Shown: piece after piece, positions 13,101-26,520 of the stretch
Layout: each line of letters begins with the position of its first letter
Numbering within the stretch: position 1 is the first letter of the stretch
DNA from: Lama glama
Lineage: Eukaryota
DNA: 64,000 nucleotides
Direction of reading: 5' to 3'
Assembly: GCA_028534125.1 (NCBI GenBank)
Contig: CM052818.1
Location: 13,518,001 to 13,582,000 of the forward strand
Made by a program: the position numbers and the translations under genes
The notes under the pieces: generated by a model
The model's database searches: none
What the model saw: only the letters and a program-made list of their open reading frames with translations
What the model was told of the DNA's origin: nothing

Positions 13101-13824
13101 TTCTTTAATATATGCGCCCCTTGGGGCTGTTCTGAAGCTTGTGATGGCTCTGTGCCGGCAGTCAGGGCAACAGAATGTCTACAAGATCTGGCTTTGTCCT
13201 ACAGTTGACATCCAGTGTGCAGCCACAGCTAAATAGGGAGATTGCAAGTCAATTTTCTCAGAAATTCGGGTCCCTAATATTCCAACCTAGAGTCCTGAAT
13301 CTCACTTAGCTTCCTCCTTCTTGTTTGTTTTAAACATGAAGTAATATTTCCCTTACTGATAGTTTCAAGAATAAAGTATTCTATATAAGTCAGATTTTCA
13401 GATAACTGAAGACTTGCTAATGTAAGAGTTTGATAGAAACTTTTTCTAAAATGTTAAATGGTTCTGGTGTGTCCCAAACAAGATATGCTAAATGTATTTG
13501 ACTATTTCTTCATGATTTAGGGTCATCTTTAAACTATCACTATTACACTGGGATATAAAACAATAACTGATACATAAATTATCTGTCCCTACATTCAATA
13601 GGCCAGTATGTTTTCTCTTGTTTACTTTGGAAATTTTTTATATTTTTATTTCTGTCCCCTTCCATATTATCAAACTATCTCAAACTGTCATTGTTCACTT
13701 TGCACTGATGTTCATATGTCTGTCCCTAGAGGCAACTTTGGGTTCATTGCTTCTAGCTTGCAGATGAGAGGAAATCTAAATAAATTTGTCGTAACAACAT
13801 TTATGTTAAAAGAAAATCAGTTCT

Positions 13825-14077
13825 GGGGTTGAGAGGGGTGGATAAATTGGGAGTTTGGGATTAGCAGATACAAACTACAATATACAGAATAGATTTTAAG
13901 AAAAACAAAAAACAAGGTCCTACTGTATAGCACAGAGAACTATATTCAGTAACTCGTAATAACCTATAATGAAAAAGAATACATATACATATATGTATGC
14001 ATAACTGAATCACTATGCTGTATACCAGAAACTAACACAACATTGTAAATCAACCAAACTTCAATTTTAAAAATACT
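13825..14077 (+). mobile_element. Cetartiodactyl-type L1 3' end (short, 5'-truncated)
   Basis: ggataaattgggagtttgggattagcagatacaaactac...ccagaaactaacacaacattgtaaatcaac, with TSD aatcagttct at 13815-13824 and 14078-14087. Confidence 0.9.
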
Positions 14078-16168
14078 AATCAGTTCTAGATTGTATTCTG
14101 AATCTCAGCCTTCTGATCTAAATGCATAAGCATCAGTGCATGAATGTGCAGCATCTATTCTAGTTGCCCAAAGCCACTCGAGCTCTTCATCAAATTCTAC
14201 TTTAGTCTGCAAGGGTGATCTGTTGGTTGGTAATGAAGATAGAAAGGATTTTGAATTTCCACCACAGAGTGAAGAACCTTTGAACCTTTGCTAATTCTAG
14301 ACTTCCTTCTGGATTTTCCTCAAAAAGTTTTGCTAATCTTGCTACATGCTGGCTCTTGTTGGTGTGCCTAATTACTGCTACATTTCTCCTCTTCCCCACA
14401 GCATCTGCTGTGGTTCTTTCCTCCCTACCATCTTTTAGCCCCTCATTTATTTTTCTACCAGCTGCTGAGGAAAACTAGATTTCTTAAAGCAACATCAGTG
14501 CATTTACATGGGATAGGTAACAACTGGGTCACAGAAAATCAGGGTACGCTTTGCCCTTTAATTCTTACCCCTTTTTCTATAAACAGCCTTGAAATTGGTA
14601 TTGAACAAGTTAAGAGTTAGTTTAAATGAAATAAAACATTTCAGAGGCATGTAAAAGGAACTGGTTTCCTATTATCTATATTTCAGCCTGAGGATCATTT
14701 TTCAGACCCTTCTTCTCATATTCTCATATTAATAAAAGGTCATTAAATCAGCACTAGATCTTTTATTCTTTGAACTTCTTTGCCATTCATGTTCTTAAAA
14801 TCAAGACAGGCTGCAGGAGAGAGGAACAGGCAAGTCACAGAGGTCAGTAATGCAGAAAAGGTGTGGTCGGAGTCAGTCATCAAGCCAAGAAGGCCTAGCC
14901 ACAAACACAAAACCCCAGTGTTTATGTAGATATCCAAGAGCCAGGATGTGCTGCGCTGAGCAAACTAGAAGCAAGGGGGTCGTTCCAAGCAAATCCCTTG
15001 GAGACCAGACTTTGCCCCATAGCTAGTACAAGGAAGGGCTGGCCACATGAGAAGGGAAAGGGAACTGCAGTAGCAAGAAATGTCTGTCCTGCCCTTTCCA
15101 CAGCTAGCAAGTTCTAACCTGGAAGTCTGCTAATACATTAATGTATGCACCCCTTAAATGCAAAGACAACATCTTACAATTCTCTGTATTCCTCACATCT
15201 AGCACAATATATAGTCAATAAATATTTGATTTATACAGTGTAAAATGTGCTCCCATGTTCTAAAGGCCATCTGTGTAGGAAACCATGAGAAGCATACAGC
15301 AACTCCCTTTCTTTTCAGGAAGTCTGGAAGACATCTGCCTGGTTGGGGTTTAAGATGCACTAATCAGCAAGTACAGAGTGAACACAAATTCTCCTTTTCC
15401 TCTTTTTAAAACTAGAGCAAATCATCAACTTCCCTACTTCCTTTTGTATATTAGTTTAAACCCTAAGCACAAGAAAAAATAATAACGAAACAAACTACCT
15501 TTCACCAAGGCTGCAGAACAAGGCTCAGATACAAAATACCCTCATGTTTTCATGCTATATTGTGTTTATTAGTACTTGAATTTCAACCAAAGGGAATGAA
15601 AAATTGATTCAGTTAGTTTCTCAACTTCAGAGTTTTCAGCACACATGCTAAATCACTTCTTGAGCAAATGTCATGGTGTGTTCATGCTGAGAATCCCTTT
15701 AAAATCTTAAAAAAACAAAAAACCAAACAAACAAATGAAAAAAACTTTGCTAAGACTATACTTTTTATTCAATAACATTTAGGGAAAAAAGAGATCCAAT
15801 TTAAAACAAAGGCCTATTATGTTAGCTTTATAAATGCAATTACTTTATTCACTGATTTATGAAGTTCCTTGAGTCAAGAGGGGGAAAGAGTGATAGTTAA
15901 GATTTACAAATAATGTGTTATTGGAAATACCTCAAGTGAGAGTCTTGCTTTAAGTGCCAAAGTAAACACCTGCAACTATAAGAGGGGGCTACTGTATTAT
16001 GTTTTCCATCAAAAAAAAAGTGTCAGGTATAATTTTGTAGTCTCAGAAGAAATAAAAAAAGGAGGGCTTCAAAATGAATCTCTGATAAAAACCTGCAAGG
16101 TATGTGTATCCTAGGAGTATTATTCACCTAAAGAAAGTGACTACCCTAAACTTCATAAGTCATCTAAA

Positions 16169-16403
16169 CAGGATTTCTCAATACCATTGTTAATTGTCAA
16201 GCACTATTGACATTTTAGACCAAATAATTCTCTGCTGTGGGGGGCTGTCCTGTGCATGGTAGGATATCGCAGTACCTCTGGCCTCTACTTGCCAGATGCC
16301 AGTAGAGGCCCCCAGGCCCCATCAGCTGTGAAAAACAAAAATGTCTCCAGACATTGCCAAATGTTCCCTGGAAGGTAAAACTGCCCCCAGTTGAACACCA
16401 CTG
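16169..16403 (-). mobile_element. MER20 hAT-Charlie MITE
   Basis: gcactattgacatttt...ggggggctgtcctgtgcat...aaaatgtctccagacattgccaaatg...ccccagttgaacaccactg. Confidence 0.9.
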
Positions 16404-17029
16404 ATTAAACTAGAGAAACTTTTTAAAAAGTGAAAGATCTTAAAACAATAGACTTGGAAGCACACAGCAAAATATCAGTGATGTCAAGGGAACACTGCAC
16501 TAACAAGATAATCAGCTTAAACAAGTGATAGGAACAATGCACAGGACTAAACATACCTGAAAAATAGAACCATAAATCTAAACAGCAAGAACAATGACAT
16601 ACCAAAGAAAATCACAAGCGTCGGCATCAGTTGAAAAATATGTTTCCTAAATTTTTATCTGAAAAAAAAATCAGTCTGGATAAAGAAAGTTCATCAGTTT
16701 CACTCAGAAACAGCCTGCAAAGGATGACAGCTCCCCTCCCACCACAAAAAACCAAACCTGTCCTAGTCAAGTATTGATATTTTTGCGTCTGTGAAGGTGA
16801 AGATTAGCACAGAACTCTCTATATCCCCCACACTTAGCAGTACAGGTACTCAATAAATATTTAATTTAAATGATAATAAAAATGTGCCTTCATGTTCTAA
16901 AGTGTTTTAAAGAAGACATTTCAAAGTGTGGTGGGATGAATGATTTTGAACACCTCACCTGGAAATAGAGCTAAGGGAAAAACTGAGGCAAAGCTCAGCA
17001 GAAATACTGGAGTAGGAAAACCAAAGGTC

Positions 17030-17185
17030 GGAGAGTTGAAAAGACCTGAGTTAAATCTCAGCTGCATTGGTCCTAGATATGTGACTTTGGTTCCATTTAT
17101 TCTATTGTACTCTATAGAATGAGTACAATAACCCTACCTTACAGGACAGTTAGGATAATCACATTAGATAACACATACATAATAA
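17030..17185 (+). mobile_element. MIR SINE
   Basis: agacctgagttaaatctcagct...tgtgactttgg...ataaccctaccttacagg. Confidence 0.65.
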
Positions 17186-17659
17186 GAATAAAAAAAACTC
17201 CAGCTCTCTTGAACACCCTCTTCAAAATTAATGGAATTCTAACAAGTGCAGTATCTACCCAAGTTAACTTTTCTCTTTGAAGTCAGAAAGAGAAAATCTC
17301 AAATCATTGTGGACCAATAACAAAATGTCAACAAAGTTCTACACCAACAATGATAATGCAAAAAACCATTAAGGAGTACAAAGAAGGATGACAGAACTTG
17401 AAAGTTAAGTGGATACAATATTAATAGAACACTATCAATAAAAAGTGAATTAGTAAATTTGGTAATCTTTTATGGAAATACTAAGGTATGAAGGGAAAAT
17501 TACAGCTTAAAAAAACATGTCTTTTCTCTTCTATAAAGTATTTAAAAGTTTACTTAATTAATAATAGAAATTATTAATTTTTTAAAAGTTTTATATCTGT
17601 GTTAATGCTTTTGTAAAAAAGAGAATTAAGCTGAACATGATTAGAATTATCTTTCAATT

Positions 17660-17777
17660 CCAATCAAAAAGATAGATGCACCCCAACGTTCATAGCAACG
17701 CTGTTTACAATAGCCAAGACATGGAAGCCACCTAAATGTTCATCGACAGATAACTGAATAAAGAAGTTGTGGTATAT

Positions 17778-17839
<62 letters not shown>

Positions 17840-18299
17840 AAGAATACTACTCAGCCATGACAAAGAATGAAATAATGTCATTTGCAGAAACATGGATGGA
17901 CCTAGAGATTATTACACTAAGTGAACTAAGTCAAACAGAGAAAGACAAATATCATAAAATATTACTTACATGTGGAATCTAAAAATAATGACACAAGTGA
18001 ACTTATTTACAAAACAGAAACAGATTCACAGACATAGAAAACAAACTTATGGTTACCAAAGAGGGAAGGGGAGGAGGGATAAATTAAGAGTTTAGGATTA
18101 GCAGATACAAACCACCATATACAGAACAGATAAACAACAAGTCCTACTATATAGCATTGGGAACTATATTCAATAGCTTGTAATAATCTATAATGAAAAA
18201 GAATATATATAACACACATATATATATAGAACTGAATCACTATGTTGTGCACCAGAAACTAACACAACATTGTTAATCAACTATACTGCAATTAAAGCA
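17660..18299 (+). mobile_element. Cetartiodactyl-type L1 3' end (ORF2 C-terminus plus 3' UTR)
   Basis: EYYSAMTKNEIMSFAETWMDLEIITLSELSQ is the L1 ORF2 C-terminus. Perfect 15-bp TSD aattatctttcaatt at 17645-17659 and 18300-18314. Confidence 0.93.
17781..17836 (+). repeat. (CA)28 microsatellite inside the L1
   Basis: 56 nt of uninterrupted CA. Confidence 0.98.
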
Positions 18300-18344
18300 A
18301 ATTATCTTTCAATTTTGTTTTTGAAAGCTTTTAAACTGAAGATT

Positions 18345-18585
18345 CTTTCTGGGGTCATGGAAATATTCTAAATTTCGTAAATGGGGTATTGTTTTCAAAG
18401 GTGTATCCATTTGTCATAACTCTTCAATTGTTCATTTAAGACTTGAATTTCACTGTATGTAAAAAATGTTATATAAATATGTAGATATACACATAGATAT
18501 ATGTCTATATGTGTGTACATATACATTTGTGTATATATTTGTATATATGTATTTGTGCATATAAATTTGCATGTATATATATAAA
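18345..18585 (+). mobile_element. Old L1 (L1MC/ME-like) 3' fragment followed by TA-rich low-complexity tail
   Basis: ttctggggtcatggaaatattcta...ggtgtatccatttgtcataactc...tttcactgtatgtaaa. Confidence 0.6.
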
Positions 18586-19666
18586 ACTTTTTAATTTTTT
18601 AAAAATACAGCTGCAAAATGTATGTGATCCAGATCTTTTTCCTATCCCTTAAACTGGTCTATTTTTATAAACCAGCTTTAATTATCAAAATAATTAAATA
18701 AATTTTAAAAGAAAGAAATAACATTAGTTCACAGAAACCATATAAATAAAAAGAAAAGTTAAAAAATGATCTCAAAAACTAACTCCGAAGACCACCAGCT
18801 GTATTAAAAGATAAGATTTCTCTGTTGTTGTTTTTTATTGTTGTTTCTGTTTTATTTTTAATTATTGTCTGCAAGAGAAACTCTTACATCCAAGATATAC
18901 TACTAGTGATTCTTACATATTAGGGAGTTAGATTAGGGACCCTTTGAGTCAGGGTAGGAAGTACATATAGGGATACTCAAAACAATTTGGAATACAACTC
19001 CAGATACCTTACAGGCTGGGTTAGAAACCTCTCAAGTAAAAGTTACCAAATGGTCAGAGGCCTATCATAGCTGTATTACTACAAGATAAACATAAGTTAT
19101 TATCCTGGTGGTCTTTGAGGGTGATTTCTTAGCACAATTATTAATAGGAATACAGATAAATATGATTACCATATAGTGAAAATATAGATTAACAATGAAC
19201 CTAGTAATACTGAATGTATGTATCTGAAACCACATAGCAGGAACATACATAAAAGAAAATTTGACAAAAATGCAAGAAGAAATTGAAGTGAAATTATATT
19301 GACCAGACAAATAGTCAAATAAATTATTTTTTAAAAAATAAAATTAAGGAATAAATGATCAAGGGAATGATAGTGAATGCAGAGGTATCAATCATGTTTG
19401 AAAATTAAACATTAGCTGAAGTTGGTGTACTTTTTCCCCAACAGATTTAGAAAAGAAACATACAAATTTTCAACTGGAAATATTAAAATCTCAAAGACAA
19501 AAATAAACAAAATTCAAAAAGAACAGAATTGAAAAGACCAATAATTGACTGCTTGAAAACAGACTTTCATGATGCTTCTCCAGTCATTTCAGCAGCCTCA
19601 TAGCCTCCTGCCTCAAACAAACCAAACTGAGGCCTCCTGCCTCAATAGAAACACTGAGCTCTTTTT

Positions 19667-19719
19667 TTTTTACATTTTTTATTGATTTATAATCATTTTA
19701 CAATGTTGTGTCAAATTCC
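19667..19719 (-). mobile_element. Ultra-short (~53 bp) young camelid-type L1 3' end insertion
   Basis: Same 3' end sequence as the L1 at 4021. Perfect 18-bp TSD aaacactgagctcttttt at 19649-19666 and 19720-19737. Confidence 0.93.
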
Positions 19720-20294
19720 AAACACTGAGCTCTTTTTAATACTCTTAATGATGAATGAATAGCCAAGGATTGCAAGATATTTGAAGAAAAGTTCTAACAA
19801 CAACAAAAAGACCCAGACAAATTGTGAGGAAAAATAATTTTCAACATCAAACTGTGTGAGGGTAAAATAACGTCATTTTCAGATATCGATAGTCTCACAC
19901 ATACTCCTAGGCACCCTTTTTCCAAAAGCTACTAAGGAATGTGCTCCACTAAAATGAAACTAAGAAAAGGGAAGATTCAGCAAGCAGAGAAAGAATTCTC
20001 AAAATGGTGTCAAAATGAACACTTCATAACCAGATGTGTAACAGGTTTAAAAGTAACCAATCCTGACTGAAAAAGAAAGATAAAAGGTGACAGGATGGAT
20101 TTCTCTAGGAAAGAAAGTGGAAATTGTATATTATTTTATAGATCTCATCATGTAGAAAACTACTTTATAGAAGAGAATCAGCCATAGATTCAAAAACTTC
20201 AAAAACTAAGCAAATGAAAATATAAAACAAATTATTAACTCCAAGATAACTTAGAAATTGTATAAGAAATGCAATTTTAGTATTAACCATAGAG

Positions 20295-20575
20295 GTATAT
20301 ACATACATACATATATACACACATATACTATGTTTTAGTGTATTTAAACTTTACATAGTTTATATAGTATATGTAATTTAGTTTATTGTGTAATCTATAT
20401 ATCATATAACTATATATGTATTTCACTAAATAATATAGAATATATAGTATAAACTATATATAATATATAGTACAAGCTTTATACATAATATATAGTATAA
20501 CTATATATACACAGTACAAATTGTATCTATCTATGTACAAATAATATGTAAATATATAACTATACGACAGTTATA
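20295..20575. repeat. TA-rich low-complexity tract
   Basis: Degenerate (TA)n/(TATAG)n. Confidence 0.85.
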
Positions 20576-20849
20576 ATAAATCACTGAATATGAATTCAAT
20601 AAAAAATTATGACTGTTTTGGAAGGACTGGAATGGGGCAAAAGAACTATAAGAAGACCAAAATAAATAATGTCTAAAAATGTTGAATGAAACAACAGCTT
20701 ATGCATAGTGTTTTGACATGAGAGGCAAATACTGTAATAAACAGTTGAAGATTTTGAAAACAGTTACCTGAGGGAGGCAGGGGCAGCCAGAAGGATAAGG
20801 GGCAATGCAGAGGCAATGTAGAGGAATTAAGAGAACATTGGGTTTTGCC

Positions 20850-21806
20850 CAATTCAAAAATGGGCAGAAGACCTAAATAAGCAATTTTCTCATAAAGACA
20901 TACAAATGGCCAATAGGCACATGAAAAAATACTCAATATTGCTAATTACCAGAGAAATGAAAATCAAAACTGCAATGAGGTATCACCTCACACCAGTCAG
21001 AATGGTCGTCACTAAAAAGTCCACAAACAATAAATACTGGCGAGGCTGTGGAGAAAAGGAAACCCTCCTACACTGTTGGTGGGAATAAAGTTTGTTTCAG
21101 CCATTATGGAAAACAGTATGGAGAGTTCTCAAAAAACTAAAAATAGACTTACCATATGACCCAGCAATCTCTCTCCTGGGCATATATCGAGGGAAGTCTA
21201 ATTCAAAAAGATACATCCCCAATATTCAGAGCAGCACTGTATACAATAGGCAAGACATGTAAACAACCTAAATGTTCATCAAAACAGATGACTGGATAAA
21301 AAAGTTGTGATATATATGCACAATGGAATACTACTCTGCCATAAAAAAGAATAAAATAATGCCATTTGCTACAACATGGATGGACCTGGAGATCGTCATT
21401 CTAAGTGAAGTAAGCCAGAAAGAGAAAGAAAAATATCATATCACCCATATGTGGAATCTTAAAAAAAAGTCACAGATGAACTTATTTGCAAAACAGAAAC
21501 CAACTCACATAGAAAACAAACTTATGGTTACCAAGGGAGGAAGGGGGTGGGAAGGGATAAATTGGGAGTTCGAGATTTGCAGATACTAACTACTATATAT
21601 AAAACAGATAAACAAGTTTATACTATATAGCACAAGGAACTATATTCAATATCCTATAGTACTTATAATGAAAATGAATATATGTATGTATATGTATGAC
21701 TGAAACATGCTGTACACAGAAATTGACACATTGTAAACTGACTATACTTCAATAAAAAAATAATTTAAAATGAAACTTACATAACTTCTAAAGGGAAAAA
21801 AGAGAG
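20850..21806 (+). mobile_element. Cetartiodactyl/camelid L1 3' end (ORF2 C-terminus plus 3' UTR)
   Basis: [10 protein letters not shown]...CWWE and MEYYSAIKKNKIMPFATTWMDLEIVILSEVSQ. 20-bp TSD agagaa(c/t)attgggttttgcc at 20830-20849 and 21807-21826. Confidence 0.93.
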
Positions 21807-23023
21807 AGAGAATATTGGGTTTTGCCTAAGCCTATTAGCATATTTTGATCTTAAAACTGTGTGCGTTTATTAGTTTAATGAAAAAAAGAAAATATCCATT
21901 TTTTTATAAAAGGAAAGAAAGGGAGGGAGAAAAGAATGAAGTTATTCCCCTTAAAATAGATTTATGTACATGCTCTAGTATTATAGAAATATTTACACAA
22001 TCATAGTTTTAGGGACTGGAACTCTAGAAGAAAGCAACTGCTCCCAGCTTTTCAGCTTGTAAAAAAGCTCACCCTTAGAGTTGAGGTATTCAAGCTCGAA
22101 TTCTAAGCCATATTAAGTACAAAAACAATGGTTGCTATTTAGTAGGAAGGAATCCCGGCCTGGTAGCCGGCTTTGGTTACTATTACCTCCTCAAACGCAG
22201 CCCATGCGCTTCATGAGGGCTTGGATCACTGCTCCCAGAAGGACTGAGTACCTAGAATACAGCTCTTTCTCCTTTGGCATTTCTCACATTGCAGTAAACA
22301 ATACGTAGCAAAAAATTCAAAACTTTAATTATAGGTACAGGAGGGTCCAGGCAAAATTATTTAATTGATGGGGATAGGAAGATGGAAATTAGTATCTTAC
22401 TCATAGTGATACAAGCAGAAAATCCATCATTCATAAAATAACATGATTGTAAGCATTCCCAAGAATAAGTTTGCATGCTCACTACCAAGTAATTCAGGAG
22501 CAAACCCTCTGTTACATGACTGTTATTTTATCTTTCTTAATCTTTGAGTAATTAAGATTGAAAAAGTTGTTTTCTGGGCCACTCCATGGACAAATAGTTT
22601 CCCAGAAGAGACAAGCAAATAGGCCTAAGCATGTGATGGACTTGGAAAGCAATGAATCTTAACAACTTTGCAGTTGAATTATTGAACTGTTAAGACTGCA
22701 GAGTTAACAAAAAAGATTTGGATGGATAAATGAGATTTTGTTACCTTTGTATCTTTGCTAATTTTGCTTGTTGCATCTGCTTGTTGCCATGAGCACCAAA
22801 AGTTGACACTACAATTCACAATGAATATTTTTATTTGGAAGATAAGGATTCACTTACATAGCTGAGGTTCATCAACCACGTGAGAGTGGGAGGTTTACAT
22901 ACACCATAGATTTATTTGCTAAACTACTGATTTTGTTTATTTTTAGATGAACTACAAAACAATGCTTCTTCAGTTTAGAGAATCTTTTCACTGATTCATT
23001 CCACAATTATTTGTTGAGTATCT

Positions 23024-23064
23024 ACTATGTGCTATGTGCTATGTGCTACTATGTACTATGTGCT
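23024..23064 (+). repeat. (CTATGTG)n short tandem expansion in the L2 tail
   Basis: ctatgtgctatgtgctatgtgctactatgtactatgtgct. Confidence 0.85.
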
Positions 23065-24167
23065 CCAGGCTCTGTGCTAGGTGCTAAAAGTACAGCAGTG
23101 GAAAATAGAGAATTTATAATCTCTTGGATTAGTTAGATAATTAAACAATTAGGCAAGTATGATAGGATGATTTAATGCTTGGAACACACATAATAGAAGC
23201 AGGCAACATATCCTAGGGTTCAAGGATAGGGAGAGCTTAGTCAGGGAAGTTTCCTAAAGAAAGTGACATTGAGTGGAACTTGAGAAATGACTGGAAGTTA
23301 TCCATGCCAGGTAGGATGAAGATGTGGCAAAGAGGCCAAAGAGAGCAATGAGGACACTATTTCAATAATGGAGGGAGTGGTGACAGTGGCATAGACTTGG
23401 TGATAGCAGTATTAAAGAAAAAGAGATGGATCTGAGAGAAGAGGCAGAATTGGTAGGATTTAATGACTTATTAAACGTGAGAGATGAGGAAGAACAAAGA
23501 ATGAAACCCAGATGGTTTCTGGCTTGGACTGCTGGGTGCATGGTGGGTGTCATTCACTGAGTTGAGGGCATATAAGAAAAGCAGGCTGAGAAGGGAAATA
23601 ATGGATTCAATTCTGAAAATGTTCATTTGAAGTACATGGCAGACATTTAGCAGGAGATTTCTAGCAGATAGCTGGAATATAGGGTCTGGGCTACAGATAG
23701 AGATTTGGAAGTCATTATCTCAGAGCAGACAGTTGAAGCCATGGGTTTAGATTAGATCATCCAGATAACATTTATAGAGTGAAAAAATTAGGGGCCAAAG
23801 AACAGGCCCCTGATGCCTATTGACCTTTAGAGAGCTAGCCAAGGAAGGAAGACAAGAAAGAAGTCAAAGAAAGAACAGAAAGGAGAGAATGATAAAGTAT
23901 CAGATGCCACAGAGAGGTCAGTTCAATCCAACAAATACTTACTGAGCACACACTATGTGCCAGGGATGTGCTACTGGGCAATAAGAATAGAGAGTGAAAA
24001 GTACAGATCCAGTCATTGTCATCAAAAGGAGAAAAAGTGGTCATAGGATTTGGGATTGTAGAGAACTCTGTGGCTTTTGCAATAGCAGTTTTAGTGGAGA
24101 AAGAGGCTGAGTTACAGTGGATTGAGGAAAGACTGAGCTGTGAGGAAGTGTAACTGACAAATGGAGA

Positions 24168-24772
24168 TGATGCTGAAAAAACTCTAGGCCTCTAGAGGAT
24201 GGCTGTGTCCCAGGTCTTGGTTGAGTCCCTGGGACATGCCCTGCCAAGTGAGGGTCCTTGGCTTCACATAGGAAAGAATTTAAGAGCCATAGTTGAGTAA
24301 AAGTAGATTTATGATGAGAGATACATACTCCATAGACAGAGTGCAGACTGTTTCAGAAGGCCGGAGAGGACACAAGACGTTGGGGTGGGTGTTTAAAGCA
24401 AAAGTAGATACGTGTACCCTAGACAGAATGTGGGCCTTCTCAAAAGCAAGAGAAAGGCCATGAGGTGTGGGGTTGTTAGTTTTTACGGGCTCGGTAATTT
24501 CATACGCTAACAAGTGGGAGAATTATTACAACTACTTAGGGGAAGGGGCTAGGATTCCCAGGAACTGGGCCATCACCCATTTTTTGACCTTTTATGGTCA
24601 GCCTTGAAACTGTGATGGTGTCTGTGCAAGAGCCATTTAGCACTCTGTTGAATTACAATGAGCACGTATTGAAGTTCAAGGTCTACTGGGAGTTGAATCC
24701 TCTGCCATCTTGGTGCTAATTGCTTTGTCATTCTTTTAATGTTTGTGCCCCACTCCCTTCCCTCCTGTCTCA
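24168..24772 (-). mobile_element. ERV1 solo LTR, MER41-like
   Basis: TG...CA termini and 4-bp TSD GAGA (24164-24167 and 24773-24776). MER41-type motifs ccaagatggc, caccatcacagttt, cagttcctgggaa and ctctgtctatggagt. Homologous to the LTR at 61996. Confidence 0.85.
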
Positions 24773-25944
24773 GAGACAGCCCTTTCAAGAAGGGTGACCA
24801 TGAAGAGAAGCAAGAATGAAGAATAGTAATCAAAGGGGACAGGGAGCTAAGGATGAGGGGTTATTTTGTTAGTTTTGGTCTTTGGTTTTTAATTATATGA
24901 GAGACTTGAACATGCTTATATGCCAAAAAAAAAAAAAAGCACCCTGGAAAAAAAGAAGTTAATAGTACAAGGGAAAAAAAGGGAGAGTGTTTGATGAAAA
25001 TGGTCCCTGGAGGGAAAACAGGAAATGGGATAAGGACTCTAGCTCATCTTGCAAGTCTTACCTATATCATCCCCTGTTGCGTCCTAGCAATATGCCAGCT
25101 CTGAAAGGAACATCCAGCTATGTAAAGACTGCCCCACTTCACCCTTAGAATCACTGACCAAGAGCCTTAAATACCTAAACCAGTAGAATTTGGAAATGAC
25201 TGGTATATATCTCATGCCTTAGAGCCTTCCATGGTGCTACCTGTAGCAGATCTTCTTTCATACCCTCACCAATCCCTAAATTATAAGGTGACGAGACTAC
25301 CTTTCTGTCTGCTTCAGCCTAGCCTCTTTTGGGGCAGGAGAAGTTCCTCTGTTTTTCCCATATCCCCAGGGCCCTGGTACAAAGAGTGGGTCAGGCAGGT
25401 AAGGAGAGAATCCTGCCTTATATTCCAGGTACCCAATCAGGTACACACACAGACACTCATATACATATACATTCACATATGCACGTAAACCTGTGCCTTG
25501 AGTCTGGAACCTATCCTAATCTCCACCTTACTTTTGAGACAGGCTTTCTAGCATAACTCTGCTTTGGCTGGTTCCTTCACCATTACTATTCTGTAATTTA
25601 AAATCATCCCCTATTCCAGTTCCCCCCAAAGAAACTCCCTTTGGACCTCCAGTGGCAGCTTAGAACTAGACTAAATTTGCCTCACTCCTATTTGACTTTC
25701 ATTCATTTTCCTACAACTTCGCCATCCCCAGTTCTTGGGTTCCCAGCATGCCTTAAGGTCAGGGTTGTGTCACACCTCTAGTGGGATTCCATGGTTAATA
25801 AAGAAGTTTGTAGGCCTTGGCTCTGAAGTCAAAACATAGAATAAGGCTCAAGTAAAATCACCTTATTTTGTTAGCCTAAAATCTGGATTACTACATGCTG
25901 TCTGTGCTGGTAGTGACTTGAGACTTGGCTAATTCTTAACTGGT

Positions 25945-26335
25945 ATAAAAGAACTCTGAGTAAACCACAGTTCAAGTTTCCACTTGCTGTTTATTAATTT
26001 TGTGAGTTTTTGCAAATTGCTCAAATTCTCTGAATCTTATTTTTCTTATCTGCAAAATGGGGATGATTAAAGCCAGCAATTGTATGTTTATGACATTCTA
26101 AACAGTTTAAGAATGACCTCGTGTAATCCTTACAACCACCTTGTAAGTCAGGTTCTATTATTTTTTTTAAGGCAGGTTCTATTATTAATCATTAATACTT
26201 GATAAGCAAAGTTCAAACCAGATAGTCTTATTTCAGAGATTGCTCCGTTAACCACTGTGCTCTAATAATATCTTCCCTTCCACTTGCAGGGCTGTGGAGA
26301 AGAGGCTGAAATATGAAATAATCTGTGACAAAGCA
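25945..26335. mobile_element. Nested MIR fragments (both orientations)
   Basis: tttcttatctgcaaaatggggatgatt (plus strand) and taatccttacaaccacc...gttcaaaccagatagtc...ttaaccactgtgct (minus strand). Confidence 0.65.
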
Positions 26336-26337
26336 CT

Positions 26338-26520
26338 TGGTAGATTGTTGTTCAATGGGCACACAGTTTCAATGTTACAAGAAGAGAAGAGTTATAGAGC
26401 TAGATGGTGGTGATGGTTGCACAACAATGTGAATGTTCTTTAACTGAGCTATACACCTGAAAATGATTAAGATGGTAAGTTTTATGTTATTGTATTTACC
26501 ACATTTAATTTTTAAAAAAG
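26338..26520 (+). mobile_element. L1MB-like 3' end fragment
   Basis: gatggtggtgatggttgcacaacaatgtgaatgt...aaaatgattaagatggtaagttttatgttat. Confidence 0.8.

Larger units (their letters stand above)
19830..21890 (+). mobile_element. HAL1 (half-L1)-like relic, interrupted by a TA-rich repeat and an L1
   Basis: tgtgagggtaaaataacgtcattttcaga...gcacccttttccaaaagctactaaggaatgtgctccactaaaatga, and tail aagcctattagcatattttgatcttaaaactgtgtgc after the L1 TSD. Confidence 0.6.
22993..25000 (-). mobile_element. LINE-2 fragments (antisense) hosting the solo LTR
   Basis: attcattccacaattatttgttgagtatctactatgtgc (L2 3' end, antisense) and L2 ORF2-like purine-rich tracts. L2 continues on both sides of the LTR at 24168-24772. 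Confidence 0.75.
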
